A DNA stretch of 64,000 nucleotides from Verrucomicrobiia bacterium (GTDB lineage: Bacteria > Verrucomicrobiota > Verrucomicrobiia > Limisphaerales > UBA1319): the NCBI GenBank assembly GCA_963664225.1, contig OY760937.1, positions 1,216,001 through 1,280,000 of the forward strand, given 5' to 3'. Below are positions 52,907 to 62,300 of the stretch, piece by piece. Below the pieces are notes generated by a model that worked only from the letters and a program-made list of their open reading frames with translations, had not been told where the DNA came from and searched no databases. Positions within the stretch are counted from its first letter, which is position 1, and each line of letters opens with the position of its first letter. The position numbers were made by a program, and so were the translations under genes.

Positions 52907-54145
52907 TCAAAGCCCTCTTGGGCCAACAATCACAATAATCCGCATCCGTTCCGTCGTTTCGGACAGATCCTTCTCCAGTGCGGTGGGTTTGTCACAATAC
53001 CTTTCCGGGTCGTAAACGAAGCAAATCAGGGTGCGGCAGTGGGGATGCGATTTGTATCTTTCCTTGTCTTCGGCCAACTGGGAGGTGAGCTCGCGTTGGC
53101 CAAGGTTCTTGCGAGTCATCTTCACCTCGACAACTACCTCTTCAGGCATGAGCAGGAAGTCCATTCGCGCTGAACTTCCTCCGTGGCTGGGAGTGGTTTC
53201 CTCAGGCCGCACGTCTTCAAAATGGAGTTGCAGCAGTGCGTGCATGAGGTCCTGCACGTCATACTCATCCTTGATCTGGATTCCTTTGCGTTTGTCGTGC
53301 CGCTTCTGCAACTGTTTTGCGAACAAGGGAAACCGCCTGCAAATGGATTCTACCAGTGACGCTGCATCCTGCGTGCTTCTGGACAGAATCCAGGTATCGG
53401 CAATGGCGGAGCAGAGCCTTGATCGGATTGCCTGCCTCAGCGAGCAGCAGAGAACGGACGCCTCCGCCAAGTCATGAACGTTTAGCTCAGATTCCAAGCT
53501 ACTCAAAAGCAGAGCCTTGTCCACGGGTGCAAAGGCGTGGTCGGTGAAAGTCGCAAACGCCTTGGAAGCGCTTCCGACCCACCGTGCTAGGGCCAACTCC
53601 TGAGCCCGGAGGCCTGCCCATTGGGATGGTGTATTGACAGTTTTCTGGACGCCAAGGATGTCGCCAGCGAACTGATGCAACGTTGATTCCCAGAAGCTGA
53701 CGCCGCTTGATTTTGCCAACTCTGCCAAAGCACCGATCAGCCACTCCACCTGTTGATCTTCGTGGTGTTTGCAGCAGGACAATCCAAGTGCAAGGCCAAC
53801 CACTTCGAGCGGGCGATATGCAAACGACGAACGGTCCACAGGGAACAATTCGCGCTTCTGGAGCCGCTGCAAGGCTTTCAGCCACGCAGCCTCGTCTGGC
53901 AGAGCCGACCGCCACAGCCCAGCCGCCATCGCGCTACCTGCAGCGGCGAGAATTGGGGCTTCGTCAAGGCGCTTCGCGTCCAGTGAAATCTTGGCCTCTG
54001 TCAGAAATGAAGGCACTTCACCGATTTTCCTGTAAATGACACCCGCGAATGCCATCGCTGGCGAAAAAGACCCCACGTTACGCCGTTGGAACTCATCCAG
54101 GCGTGCCAACTGAGCCGCGAGGCTGTGGTGCAAGACGTCGCTCAT
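52907..54145 (-). CDS. pAgo-associated nuclease with C-terminal PD-(D/E)XK REase (DpnII/MboI-like) domain
   Basis: DEYDVQDL..LL...F.DVRPEE, RMDFL and VEVK; ATGA overlap with the pAgo stop. Confidence 0.82.
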   Translation of the reverse strand: MSDVLHHSLAAQLARLDEFQRRNVGSFSPAMAFAGVIYRKIGEVPSFLTEAKISLDAKRLDEAPILAAAGSAMAAGLWRSALPDEAAWLKALQRLQKRELFPVDRSSFAYRPLEVVGLALGLSCCKHHEDQQVEWLIGALAELAKSSGVSFWESTLHQFAGDILGVQKTVNTPSQWAGLRAQELALARWVGSASKAFATFTDHAFAPVDKALLLSSLESELNVHDLAEASVLCCSLRQAIRSRLCSAIADTWILSRSTQDAASLVESICRRFPLFAKQLQKRHDKRKGIQIKDEYDVQDLMHALLQLHFEDVRPEETTPSHGGSSARMDFLLMPEEVVVEVKMTRKNLGQRELTSQLAEDKERYKSHPHCRTLICFVYDPERYCDKPTALEKDLSETTERMRIIVIVGPRGL

Positions 54146-56433
54146 AGGAACCATTTGCTTGCGCGCAACTTGATGTTCAGCATCGCTGGTGACCAATCAG
54201 GGACGGTTCGCATCCGACTCAACAGGCCGGCGATCAGCTCGGAATAGTAGATGGTGACGGGCAGCTTTGCCGGCAGAGTGGAACGCCACGACAGAGAGGT
54301 GAACTTCAACACCTGCTCAGCCAGCGAAGCCAGGTCACGATAACTGGATTCTGGATGAATACGCACCAGCAAGGGCACCGGCAGCGGTGAAACCGGGCGC
54401 TTGATCAATTCAGGTCCGTTGGTGCAGAGCAGCCGCGTGAAAGCTCCAAGCTGCGCGATGACACCACGCTGCGGCACGAAAACGGCCTTCCTCATTTCAC
54501 CGTGGTTCCTCATCGGTATGCCTGGCTGATCGCAATCAAACAGTCGGAACGGATGATCCTGCGTGACAGTCAGGAACGCGAACTCCACGTTCTGTTCATC
54601 TCCAACGGTTGCGACGCAGTCCTTCATGATGCTCGCAAGCTCCAGCTTCTTGAGCGGCTTAAAGGAATGCACGACCACGCGAACGGTGTCCCCCGGCTGC
54701 CAACCGTTTCGTTTCTTGATCTCTTTCAGGATCTCCACAGTCGAACGCTGAAGCACCTCCGGATAGTCGTCGTATCCACACTCCGATGACAGGTTCGAGA
54801 GCAGATAGTTTCCATCACCCCTGAAAACGGTGGTGATGCCGATGAAACGCTTGCGAGCCTCGAACCTGCTTTCTCGCATCTCGCAGGAACCGAGACCGAG
54901 CACCAACTCGTCCGCGATGGTCAGGTCGTGGTCCACTGTCCAAGGGATGCCGTTCAGCTTCGCGTAAAGGGCCACTGAGATGTTTTGCAGGTTATACTGG
55001 AGACTGGCTTCGGGCTGGCTGATGGTAAACACTCGAACATCCTGCACCGGGATTCCGGCCATCAGCAGCACTGCCTTGGAGTGAAGATATGGGTTTTGCG
55101 GGTCTGGAAGTCTGGCGTGGTCGTTCAAAATCGTCACGATGGCAGCATCGAACTGCGCGTCCCGACTCAGGAACTCGCTGATCGTTCTGCGGTATATTGC
55201 GGCTGGACTATCGTTTTGTCGGGGGAAGAGCGGTATGCGGCAGGGCACGAACTGGGGATTCACCAGGCAGAAAGATTTTGCAAAACCACCACCGTAGCGG
55301 CTATTCTGTAATCCTGTGATACCATCCCGGAAATACTTGAGGAAGCGCTCTGCCGGTCCTTGCACCGAATCCGGAAACACGAAGAGAATCCGCGGCGACT
55401 TCTTGGCCAAGGTGTCGCGGCTGAACGGGCCGAAACTCTCGAGACCAGGCCAGGCATATTTGTTCCTCTTGCTACGCGCTGAATCGAAGCAATAGTCTAC
55501 CACTGGAGCCTGAACAACAGTCTTGTAGTTGCCCACGTTCTGCATTCGGATGCGTTCACCGATTGAACACTGGATATCCGGACACAAAGTCAGCGGAGAT
55601 GCCTTTCGCAAATACTCACCCATGCGCCCAACCCGTTCGTCGAGGGCATCGCCAACCAGCACCAGTCCCTCTTGCTCTTGGCGTTCCTTTTCGAAGTCAT
55701 CGTATGCCTTGCCAAGCAACTGCTTGAGGCAATGTGCGAACGAAGCCCTCGACCCCTCCAGAAGAACATCGTCCACGAAAATGTCAGTCACTTTGTCGTG
55801 GGCTTCAGAGAGCGTGATTCTCTGCCCGATCACTTCCTTGATGCGGCCAACCAGCCTGCGGCCTTTTGGATCTGGAACCCGTCGCACGACATAAAGCCCT
55901 GCCACATCAATCCCAGACGTCTTGAGTTCGTCCAAGGGTGCGAGAATCTGCCAGTTCGTGGCGATGTCCACGAAAAGTCCGACCCGCAGCTCTCCCTCGC
56001 GCAATTCAATCATCCTGGCGTCCAACTCGAAAGTAAGGGAAATCTTGAACTTGCTCACAACGGGCGGGAGCCGTGTCAGCCGGGTTAAGATCGCTGCCAC
56101 AATTTCTTCTTTCTGACCACGAAACTTGAATGGCTTGCGCCGAAACGCTTCATACTGTGGGAACTTCTCCGGTAAAACGTCCGTCAACCGTCGCGCCAAC
56201 AGGGAGAGATGATCGGCGACTTTCAGCGTCTGTGCATGCCCGAATGGTTTTGACGGCGTTGCGCATTTCGGCAGTCCGTATGCAACCCCATCGTGCCAGT
56301 GGATAAACCATTCATCACCCAGTGCCTCCCGAGTAGGTTCCAACTGCTGGTTGTCGGGCATCGGGCTGACATAGCCGGTGAAGTCCTCCTTCGTGAAGGA
56401 CACTGAAAAGCCGTTGAAGAACAGGTTGCTCAT
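54142..56433 (-). CDS. Long-B prokaryotic Argonaute (RsAgo-like), catalytically inactive
   Basis: MID Y..SK..Q..N..YAK; PIWI PWTVDHD..DELVLGLG, RFIGITTVF.GDG.YLL and FTSLSWRSTLP..PVTIYYS; C-terminal WFL; first catalytic Asp absent. Confidence 0.93.
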   Translation of the reverse strand: MSNLFFNGFSVSFTKEDFTGYVSPMPDNQQLEPTREALGDEWFIHWHDGVAYGLPKCATPSKPFGHAQTLKVADHLSLLARRLTDVLPEKFPQYEAFRRKPFKFRGQKEEIVAAILTRLTRLPPVVSKFKISLTFELDARMIELREGELRVGLFVDIATNWQILAPLDELKTSGIDVAGLYVVRRVPDPKGRRLVGRIKEVIGQRITLSEAHDKVTDIFVDDVLLEGSRASFAHCLKQLLGKAYDDFEKERQEQEGLVLVGDALDERVGRMGEYLRKASPLTLCPDIQCSIGERIRMQNVGNYKTVVQAPVVDYCFDSARSKRNKYAWPGLESFGPFSRDTLAKKSPRILFVFPDSVQGPAERFLKYFRDGITGLQNSRYGGGFAKSFCLVNPQFVPCRIPLFPRQNDSPAAIYRRTISEFLSRDAQFDAAIVTILNDHARLPDPQNPYLHSKAVLLMAGIPVQDVRVFTISQPEASLQYNLQNISVALYAKLNGIPWTVDHDLTIADELVLGLGSCEMRESRFEARKRFIGITTVFRGDGNYLLSNLSSECGYDDYPEVLQRSTVEILKEIKKRNGWQPGDTVRVVVHSFKPLKKLELASIMKDCVATVGDEQNVEFAFLTVTQDHPFRLFDCDQPGIPMRNHGEMRKAVFVPQRGVIAQLGAFTRLLCTNGPELIKRPVSPLPVPLLVRIHPESSYRDLASLAEQVLKFTSLSWRSTLPAKLPVTIYYSELIAGLLSRMRTVPDWSPAMLNIKLRASKWFL

Positions 56434-56439
56434 TGATGA

Positions 56440-57408
56440 TTAGGCAGCAGGTGGACTTGTGACAACATTACCGTATATTTCCGGCAGCGCTTTCATGACC
56501 TCTGGAAAGACAGCCCCGGGAGGAAGCAAGAGCATGGCCGGTGCAATCGCGTTTAGCAAATCACGTCTACCAACATTTCTAAACAGCAGGGCGGCAGACA
56601 TGAGCGCCGGAGCCAGTCCCCGCATCATTTCGGCCAGTTGTTCATTCGTCTTACAAGTTCCAACCCACCATGCAAGGCCCCCGTTGTAGCCATCCGGGTT
56701 CGTGTCACCACAAATGAAACCGCCGCGAATTGTGAGGTTGAACCACCAGAAGAACGGCGTCTGCATTTGCGCATAACGAGCGCTTTGCGCCCCGAGGTCC
56801 AGAACTTTGCGCAACGACACCTTTTTCTTGTTCAGCGCTTTCTCATCATCGAGCTCATCAACAGATATCGTGGTAATCGGAAAGCCGAGTTCCACCCGAA
56901 ATCGCTTTCTGCCACCTGCAGCGGGGTCAACTCCCAGATCTTTTGGCTGATCTACGCCGCAAACTGAGCCCGACTTTCTTAGGTTGGGCACAAGTTCAAT
57001 AATCCCGCATTCAGCCTTGTGTTGGTGGTAAACGAACCAAGCCGGAAGTGTTGAATAGAGCGACAGCGTCCTTTTGTTCTTGTTCACGACAGCCAACATA
57101 AGCGGAAGGCCTAAACTAAAGAACCAGTCAAAATGAGCTGTGTAGGTCGAGTCGCCTTTTTGAGAGTCTGGCGGGGCAAGAACAATCTTGGGCTTTGACG
57201 CGGATTTCACAGACACCAGGTAGTGAGAAGTGAAGCTGAGCAGGTCCGCCTTGGAGTTATAATCCGACAGGTTGCAGACCAGATCAAAACCGATGTCCTC
57301 CTACCGCGGGACTTGCGTAACCAATCCGAGACCAGAAAGGATATATACCGCGAGGTATTCGCTTCGGTCTCCTTGCCTAAAATCAGGGTGTCGTGTGCCA
57401 GTTGACAT
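56440..57408 (-). pseudogene. PD-(D/E)XK-like nuclease gene interrupted by an in-frame TAG at codon 36
   Basis: ATG 57408 gives MSTGTRHPDFRQGDRSEYLAVYILSGLGLVTQVPR*EDIGFDLVC...YLVSVKS, in frame with the 56440..57216 ORF; TAG at 57303-57301. Confidence 0.7.
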
Positions 57409-57417
57409 AAAAGCTGT

Positions 57418-59379
57418 TCAAATATTGTCCCTCAGAAACCGCCGCTCCTTCTCTGTTGAAGAAAACGGCGGATGCACCAGCCAGGGCATGCCTTTCAGGT
57501 GCTCTGGCGGCGGTTCAGTGGTGGTGATAATGTATTGGATTGGCGCTTCTGCCTCGCTGAACTCCTCGTCCTTGGGAATGTCGAAGATGCGCCGGTAAAT
57601 GGAGGCGGTCAGGTCAGCTTCACGGGGGCTGTCGTGAATCAGGAAGCCAGGGTGCTGTTCGATTTGGCGGGCTGATGAGAGCAAGGCTGCGAGGTCGAAA
57701 ATCAGAACCTTTAGCGTCGTCAATGCCGTGCTTGTCAGGTCGCTATAATCGAGTTCCAGTTTCACATCGTCGGCAAGGAAACGCACCGTGCCGCGATTCT
57801 CCGATTGCAGGACTCGTCCAGCGAGCAGGCTGAACACCTCTGAGAAATCCGACTGGCGGGCCGTCGCCTTTTGCCGCAGACTTTCCTGGTAATCCGTTGA
57901 CTTCCGCTGCTCGCCTTGAAGTCGCTCGGATTTCTTTTGCTCGGCCTCCAGTTCTTCGGTGAGGGTCAAAAGGTCCGAAGTGACTTCATGCTTGCGCCGC
58001 GCAAGGGAGAGGTCCCCCTCTAACGCTTCGATTCTTTCCTGATGCTTCTGGCGGGCAGTTGCAATTTGCTTTTCGAGCCGTTGTTTCTCTTTCACACTTT
58101 CGGCCTGTTCACGTTTTAATCGACCGACTTGGTCCTGAAGGCTAGACACCCGCGCCTGTAATACGCCCTGGGTGGACTGAAGTTCAGCCAGGACATGCTC
58201 GGCAAAGCGATTGGGATGCAGCGCCTCCGCGAGCTTGCATCCGTGCGCGATTGCCAGTTCAAGCGGGGCGCTGCACTGGTCAGCCCGCAATGGCATCTGA
58301 GCTAGCTGTTGACGATATTCCTCCTGAGTGATGCGTTTTTCATGGAAATCCAAGGTAAGCGTCGCCTTCTTTCCATCATTCTCTGCGTCCTCCAGTTTCT
58401 TAGCCAAATCTGCCAGTTGTGTGATTTTCTTGTCTCTTTGAACTGGCAGCAAATCGCCCGCGCCATCCCGTTGCCGCATTTCGCCAATCAAGTTAAGAAT
58501 CCGGGTTTCCTCCTTTTCAAGCCCGGCCTTCTCCACCGTCAACGTGCTCTCCATGATCGTGGCATCTGGCGCATTCATCACGCTGCGGTATTTCTTCTCC
58601 GCCCGCCCACGTACGTAAGTTAGCTTGGGAATTAGCGTGTCACAGTCTCCCTTGTCTCGAAGAAGTCGCATATGTTCCCGCCGCGCCTCAAGCTCTCCAG
58701 GTTGGGTTAATCCCAGCACCGTGCGAACCAGAAGCGTGCGGTCTGAGCTGTGAATGTCGCCTAGAGACGACGCGCCCCCGTAACTGGAACGCCAGTCGAG
58801 CACATGGTCGTAGCGCGCTTCCTGGTCACGGCTCAACCACGCGAGCAGGTGCGCCCAATCCACTTGCTTGCCAGAACCCGGATAGACTTCAATTGGCAAC
58901 GGTTGGATGAACGCCTTCTGCAACGCGCGCACGAAATCGGCGTACGCCTGCCGATCGACACTCGCGTCAAACAACTTCTCGAATGTCACTCCGCGTGCGC
59001 TCCAATGCGGGCCGCCCGTGATGCCGACAAATCGGCCCACCAGCCACGCCTCGCCATCGAGATGCACCTCACCGGCCACCCACGCGTTGGGGAATTTGTT
59101 CCGAAACGCATCGCGAAACGTGTCGTTCCCGAAGTTGGAATCTCCCAGCAAGTAGCGGAGGAATCGGCAGAACGTCGTTTTCCCAGCCGCATGTCCGCCC
59201 GCACCTTGTTCGGATGGTTCAGCCCAGAGGATATTCAAGCCCTGTCGCAGAGTGATCCGCCGTTGGAGCGCATCCGGCTTCCACTCCCGATACACTGCGA
59301 GTTCCTTCACCCACAGCCGCGGTTCGCGGCGTGTTGCAGTTGGCAGCGTGGAGGCAAAAGGAAGGTCTGGTGTTTTCAT
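57418..59379 (-). CDS. SMC/Rad50-like ABC ATPase (ABC-three-component/Lamassu LmuB-like)
   Basis: GLNILWA..GHAAGKTT Walker A, long coiled coil with a central Cys pair, FLIHDSP Walker B/D-loop and QYIITT. Confidence 0.8.
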   Translation of the reverse strand: MKTPDLPFASTLPTATRREPRLWVKELAVYREWKPDALQRRITLRQGLNILWAEPSEQGAGGHAAGKTTFCRFLRYLLGDSNFGNDTFRDAFRNKFPNAWVAGEVHLDGEAWLVGRFVGITGGPHWSARGVTFEKLFDASVDRQAYADFVRALQKAFIQPLPIEVYPGSGKQVDWAHLLAWLSRDQEARYDHVLDWRSSYGGASSLGDIHSSDRTLLVRTVLGLTQPGELEARREHMRLLRDKGDCDTLIPKLTYVRGRAEKKYRSVMNAPDATIMESTLTVEKAGLEKEETRILNLIGEMRQRDGAGDLLPVQRDKKITQLADLAKKLEDAENDGKKATLTLDFHEKRITQEEYRQQLAQMPLRADQCSAPLELAIAHGCKLAEALHPNRFAEHVLAELQSTQGVLQARVSSLQDQVGRLKREQAESVKEKQRLEKQIATARQKHQERIEALEGDLSLARRKHEVTSDLLTLTEELEAEQKKSERLQGEQRKSTDYQESLRQKATARQSDFSEVFSLLAGRVLQSENRGTVRFLADDVKLELDYSDLTSTALTTLKVLIFDLAALLSSARQIEQHPGFLIHDSPREADLTASIYRRIFDIPKDEEFSEAEAPIQYIITTTEPPPEHLKGMPWLVHPPFSSTEKERRFLRDNI

Positions 59380-59385
59380 AGGGGT

Positions 59386-62300
59386 TTATGCGGCTGCCCA
59401 GAGTTTGAGGACTTCTTCCGGGACTGCTTCCAGCCAAGGCTTCGTTACGGTTCCTGCCGCGGCTGCATGGCTTAAGGCCATCTTGGCATCAACCAGCGTC
59501 CAGTCGAAGGTGATGGCTGTCCATTGAAGCCCTTTGAAAATCAAATGGCCGTTTTCCTCCGGGCGAATGTTCAGGGCGTGACGCATGACGATCAAATCGT
59601 GTAGCGCGGCCTGGAACGCCTTCGGGTCAACCAGGGACGATGGGAATTGTGACCGCCAAAGGCCGAACACTGAAGAGGCGCCTGTCGGAAGCGAGACAGC
59701 AGACATGGGGGGCGCGGCCAGGAACGTCAGGGCTTCCAAAAGCTCGGTATAGCCCAGTCTGTCACCAGCCATTTGGACCAGCGCCGGGATGAGCGTGACG
59801 TAAAACTCCGCTGGAGTGTTGATATGCGGGCGGCGTCTGGATGGTAGAACAAAATCGAAACCCGCAACCACTTCCTGCAAGCTGGGTGGATGGATTGCTT
59901 TGGGAATGGGAACTTGCTTTGCCGGATGACAGCAGAGTGGGTCTGCCGGGGGCGTATCCAGGCGGGTTTGGTAGGGGGTGCTGGTGCGGATAGATTCGGC
60001 GAGGGCGTCGTAAATTTCCAGGATGGTGTCTTTGGTGCGGTAGGTGCCGCATTTGGCCTCGTCCTTGCGTTTAACGATGGGGAAGGTGTCCATGATATAG
60101 GCCACGGCATCGCGAGGCGTGGGGAATGCTTGAGTCAGCGCGGCGGGGTTTTTGCGCCATTCTTCTTCTGAACCGAGGTAGAGGTGGAAGAAGGCGGCGT
60201 CCAACTCGCAGCGGAGCATGAAGCGGCGCTCCTCGTCCCAACGGAACGGCGGGCCGGACCAGTCGCAGTCCTGCGCGAACGCCTCCAAGTCCCACGCCGT
60301 GTAGGTCAGCTCCAGAACGCGTGGCAACATCCACTCGTTGAGCCGGCTCACTCCGTGCGCCCAGGGACAGTCGGCTTCATACTGCGGCAGCCCGATTACA
60401 GGCAACTGGCCGAGGTAGTGCCCACGGAGGTGGAGCCCTGCGACTTTCTGGCGCGCAACGTAGTCGAACGGAAGGGAGTTCAGGTTCGCTAGCAGACAAG
60501 CAGTCATGCTCGCGGCCTGTTCGGTCCCAAGCCAGGGCAGAGAGTCGGTTAGAGCAACTCCTGCCAGCATCGCTGCGATAGAGGTCCGCTCGTTTGTTGA
60601 CGAGGTGACGTCCTTTACCGCCAGACACCACCGTGGCACACCTCCACAGCGTTCGGCGACGCTCGCTGAGTTTACCCAGAACATAGGCAATGCCAGTTGC
60701 GCTGCGTCTTCGTGCTGCGACTCGGACAGTGCGACGGGCTGATTTCGCCGGACACGGTTGGTGGGATCGAACCGGATGCTCGCCGCCCGATGGTCATACA
60801 TGCCAACCATCTTTCCCTCGTAGAATGGCAGCCAAACCTCCTGATCCTGCACGTAACGATTTCCGTCCAGGTGGCATCCGGCGGTTTCAAGTTCCTCTGC
60901 CGTGCGATGACCCTTCATTTCGGCGTTCATCATGAACATCAGCATCGGCCTGATTCCCCAAGGGTGATCGCCGTCGCTACTGCCAATGATGGAGCCGACC
61001 TTCTGCATCTGGAGAGTCAAAACGTAATCATGCCGAGAGCGGAACAGTGGTGCGGTTCGGCTCAGCGGGTTCAAGGCACAGACAGCGTGGTGTGACAGCA
61101 GAACGTGGCGCCAAGAATCTGCCAGGTCGGAAGCCGAGTGCGCGAAGAAGACGAAGTCTGTTTCAGCACAGGCACCGTGACCGCCAATTGTGAGGAGGGA
61201 GAATCGGTATCTGCTGTCAACACTTGGGAAGAGACCTAGTCGGTTCTCGAAGTCGAAGAGGCTGACCAATCGCCCTTCGCCATGCAGCGCGGAGAAGTGG
61301 TCTTGGGAGAACGAATCGGAAGCGAAACCGGACGGCAGCACGATTCCAACTCGTCCGGCTGGCCGCACCAGTGTATGCCCTGCTTCAAGGAACAAGCGGT
61401 AGAGGTTCATCCTGCCAGTGGCAGAAAGGGGGAATCCTCCGCTGTGGGCCATGAAGTGCCGTTGTCCATAAGTCACACGGACATACTCTTGATACGATTG
61501 CCACAACGCAGGCTCTGAAGCACGAATTCTGGCCAGCACGGCAGCTTTGTCCTTCGCGCTCTTGACGGACAGGATTTCGGGGAAACTGGCGGCGAAGAAC
61601 TCATTGTCCTTCACCTCCTGCACGTCCCAGGGAGGATTGCCAAGGTTCACGTCGAAGCCGCCTTGCGCGGACACTTCGGGAAAGGCGAGATGCCAGTGGA
61701 AGAATTGGTATTGGTCGGCCAGTCGCTTGGCTTCGGCGAGCAGGCCGTCGGGCAGTGCTCCGCCTGCCACAAAGTCGCGGAGGTGCTGCGTCGTAATGCC
61801 GATGGGGACTTCTAAACTCGCTCGACTGCCCGCTTTGGCTTTCTTGGCTTTCGGGGCTTCTTCCGTGCCGCCGAAAAGGCCGGCTTGCGTTTCCGTGGGG
61901 CCGGAGGGGGCAGGCAACTTGAGATTGGAGATTTGAGACGTCCCACCAAGGAAATGCTTCTTGATGACGAAGGCAGAGCACCAGAGATTCGCCAAATCCC
62001 AGGCTTTCTGAAAATCGAAATTGGACTGCTCGGCTCGGTAGGCGTCCTCTTTGCACTTGATGTCCTCGGGTCGGCTGTCGCCCATTTCATCAATGGCCGC
62101 CGCCGCTTGGTTCATGCGATCCCGGAGGGTGGTGTCCTCGGCAATGAACAGATGGCGCAGTCCCTCGCGTTGCGCGCGGTTCAGTTTCTTGAGACTAGCA
62201 CAGGCTTCCTTGTCGTCGCCCTCGATGGGGTCGAAGGCTTCGTCGGGGAGGCCGACGGAGATGAGTTCCGGAGTCGTGCCGAGGAGGCTGTTGCCGCAGC

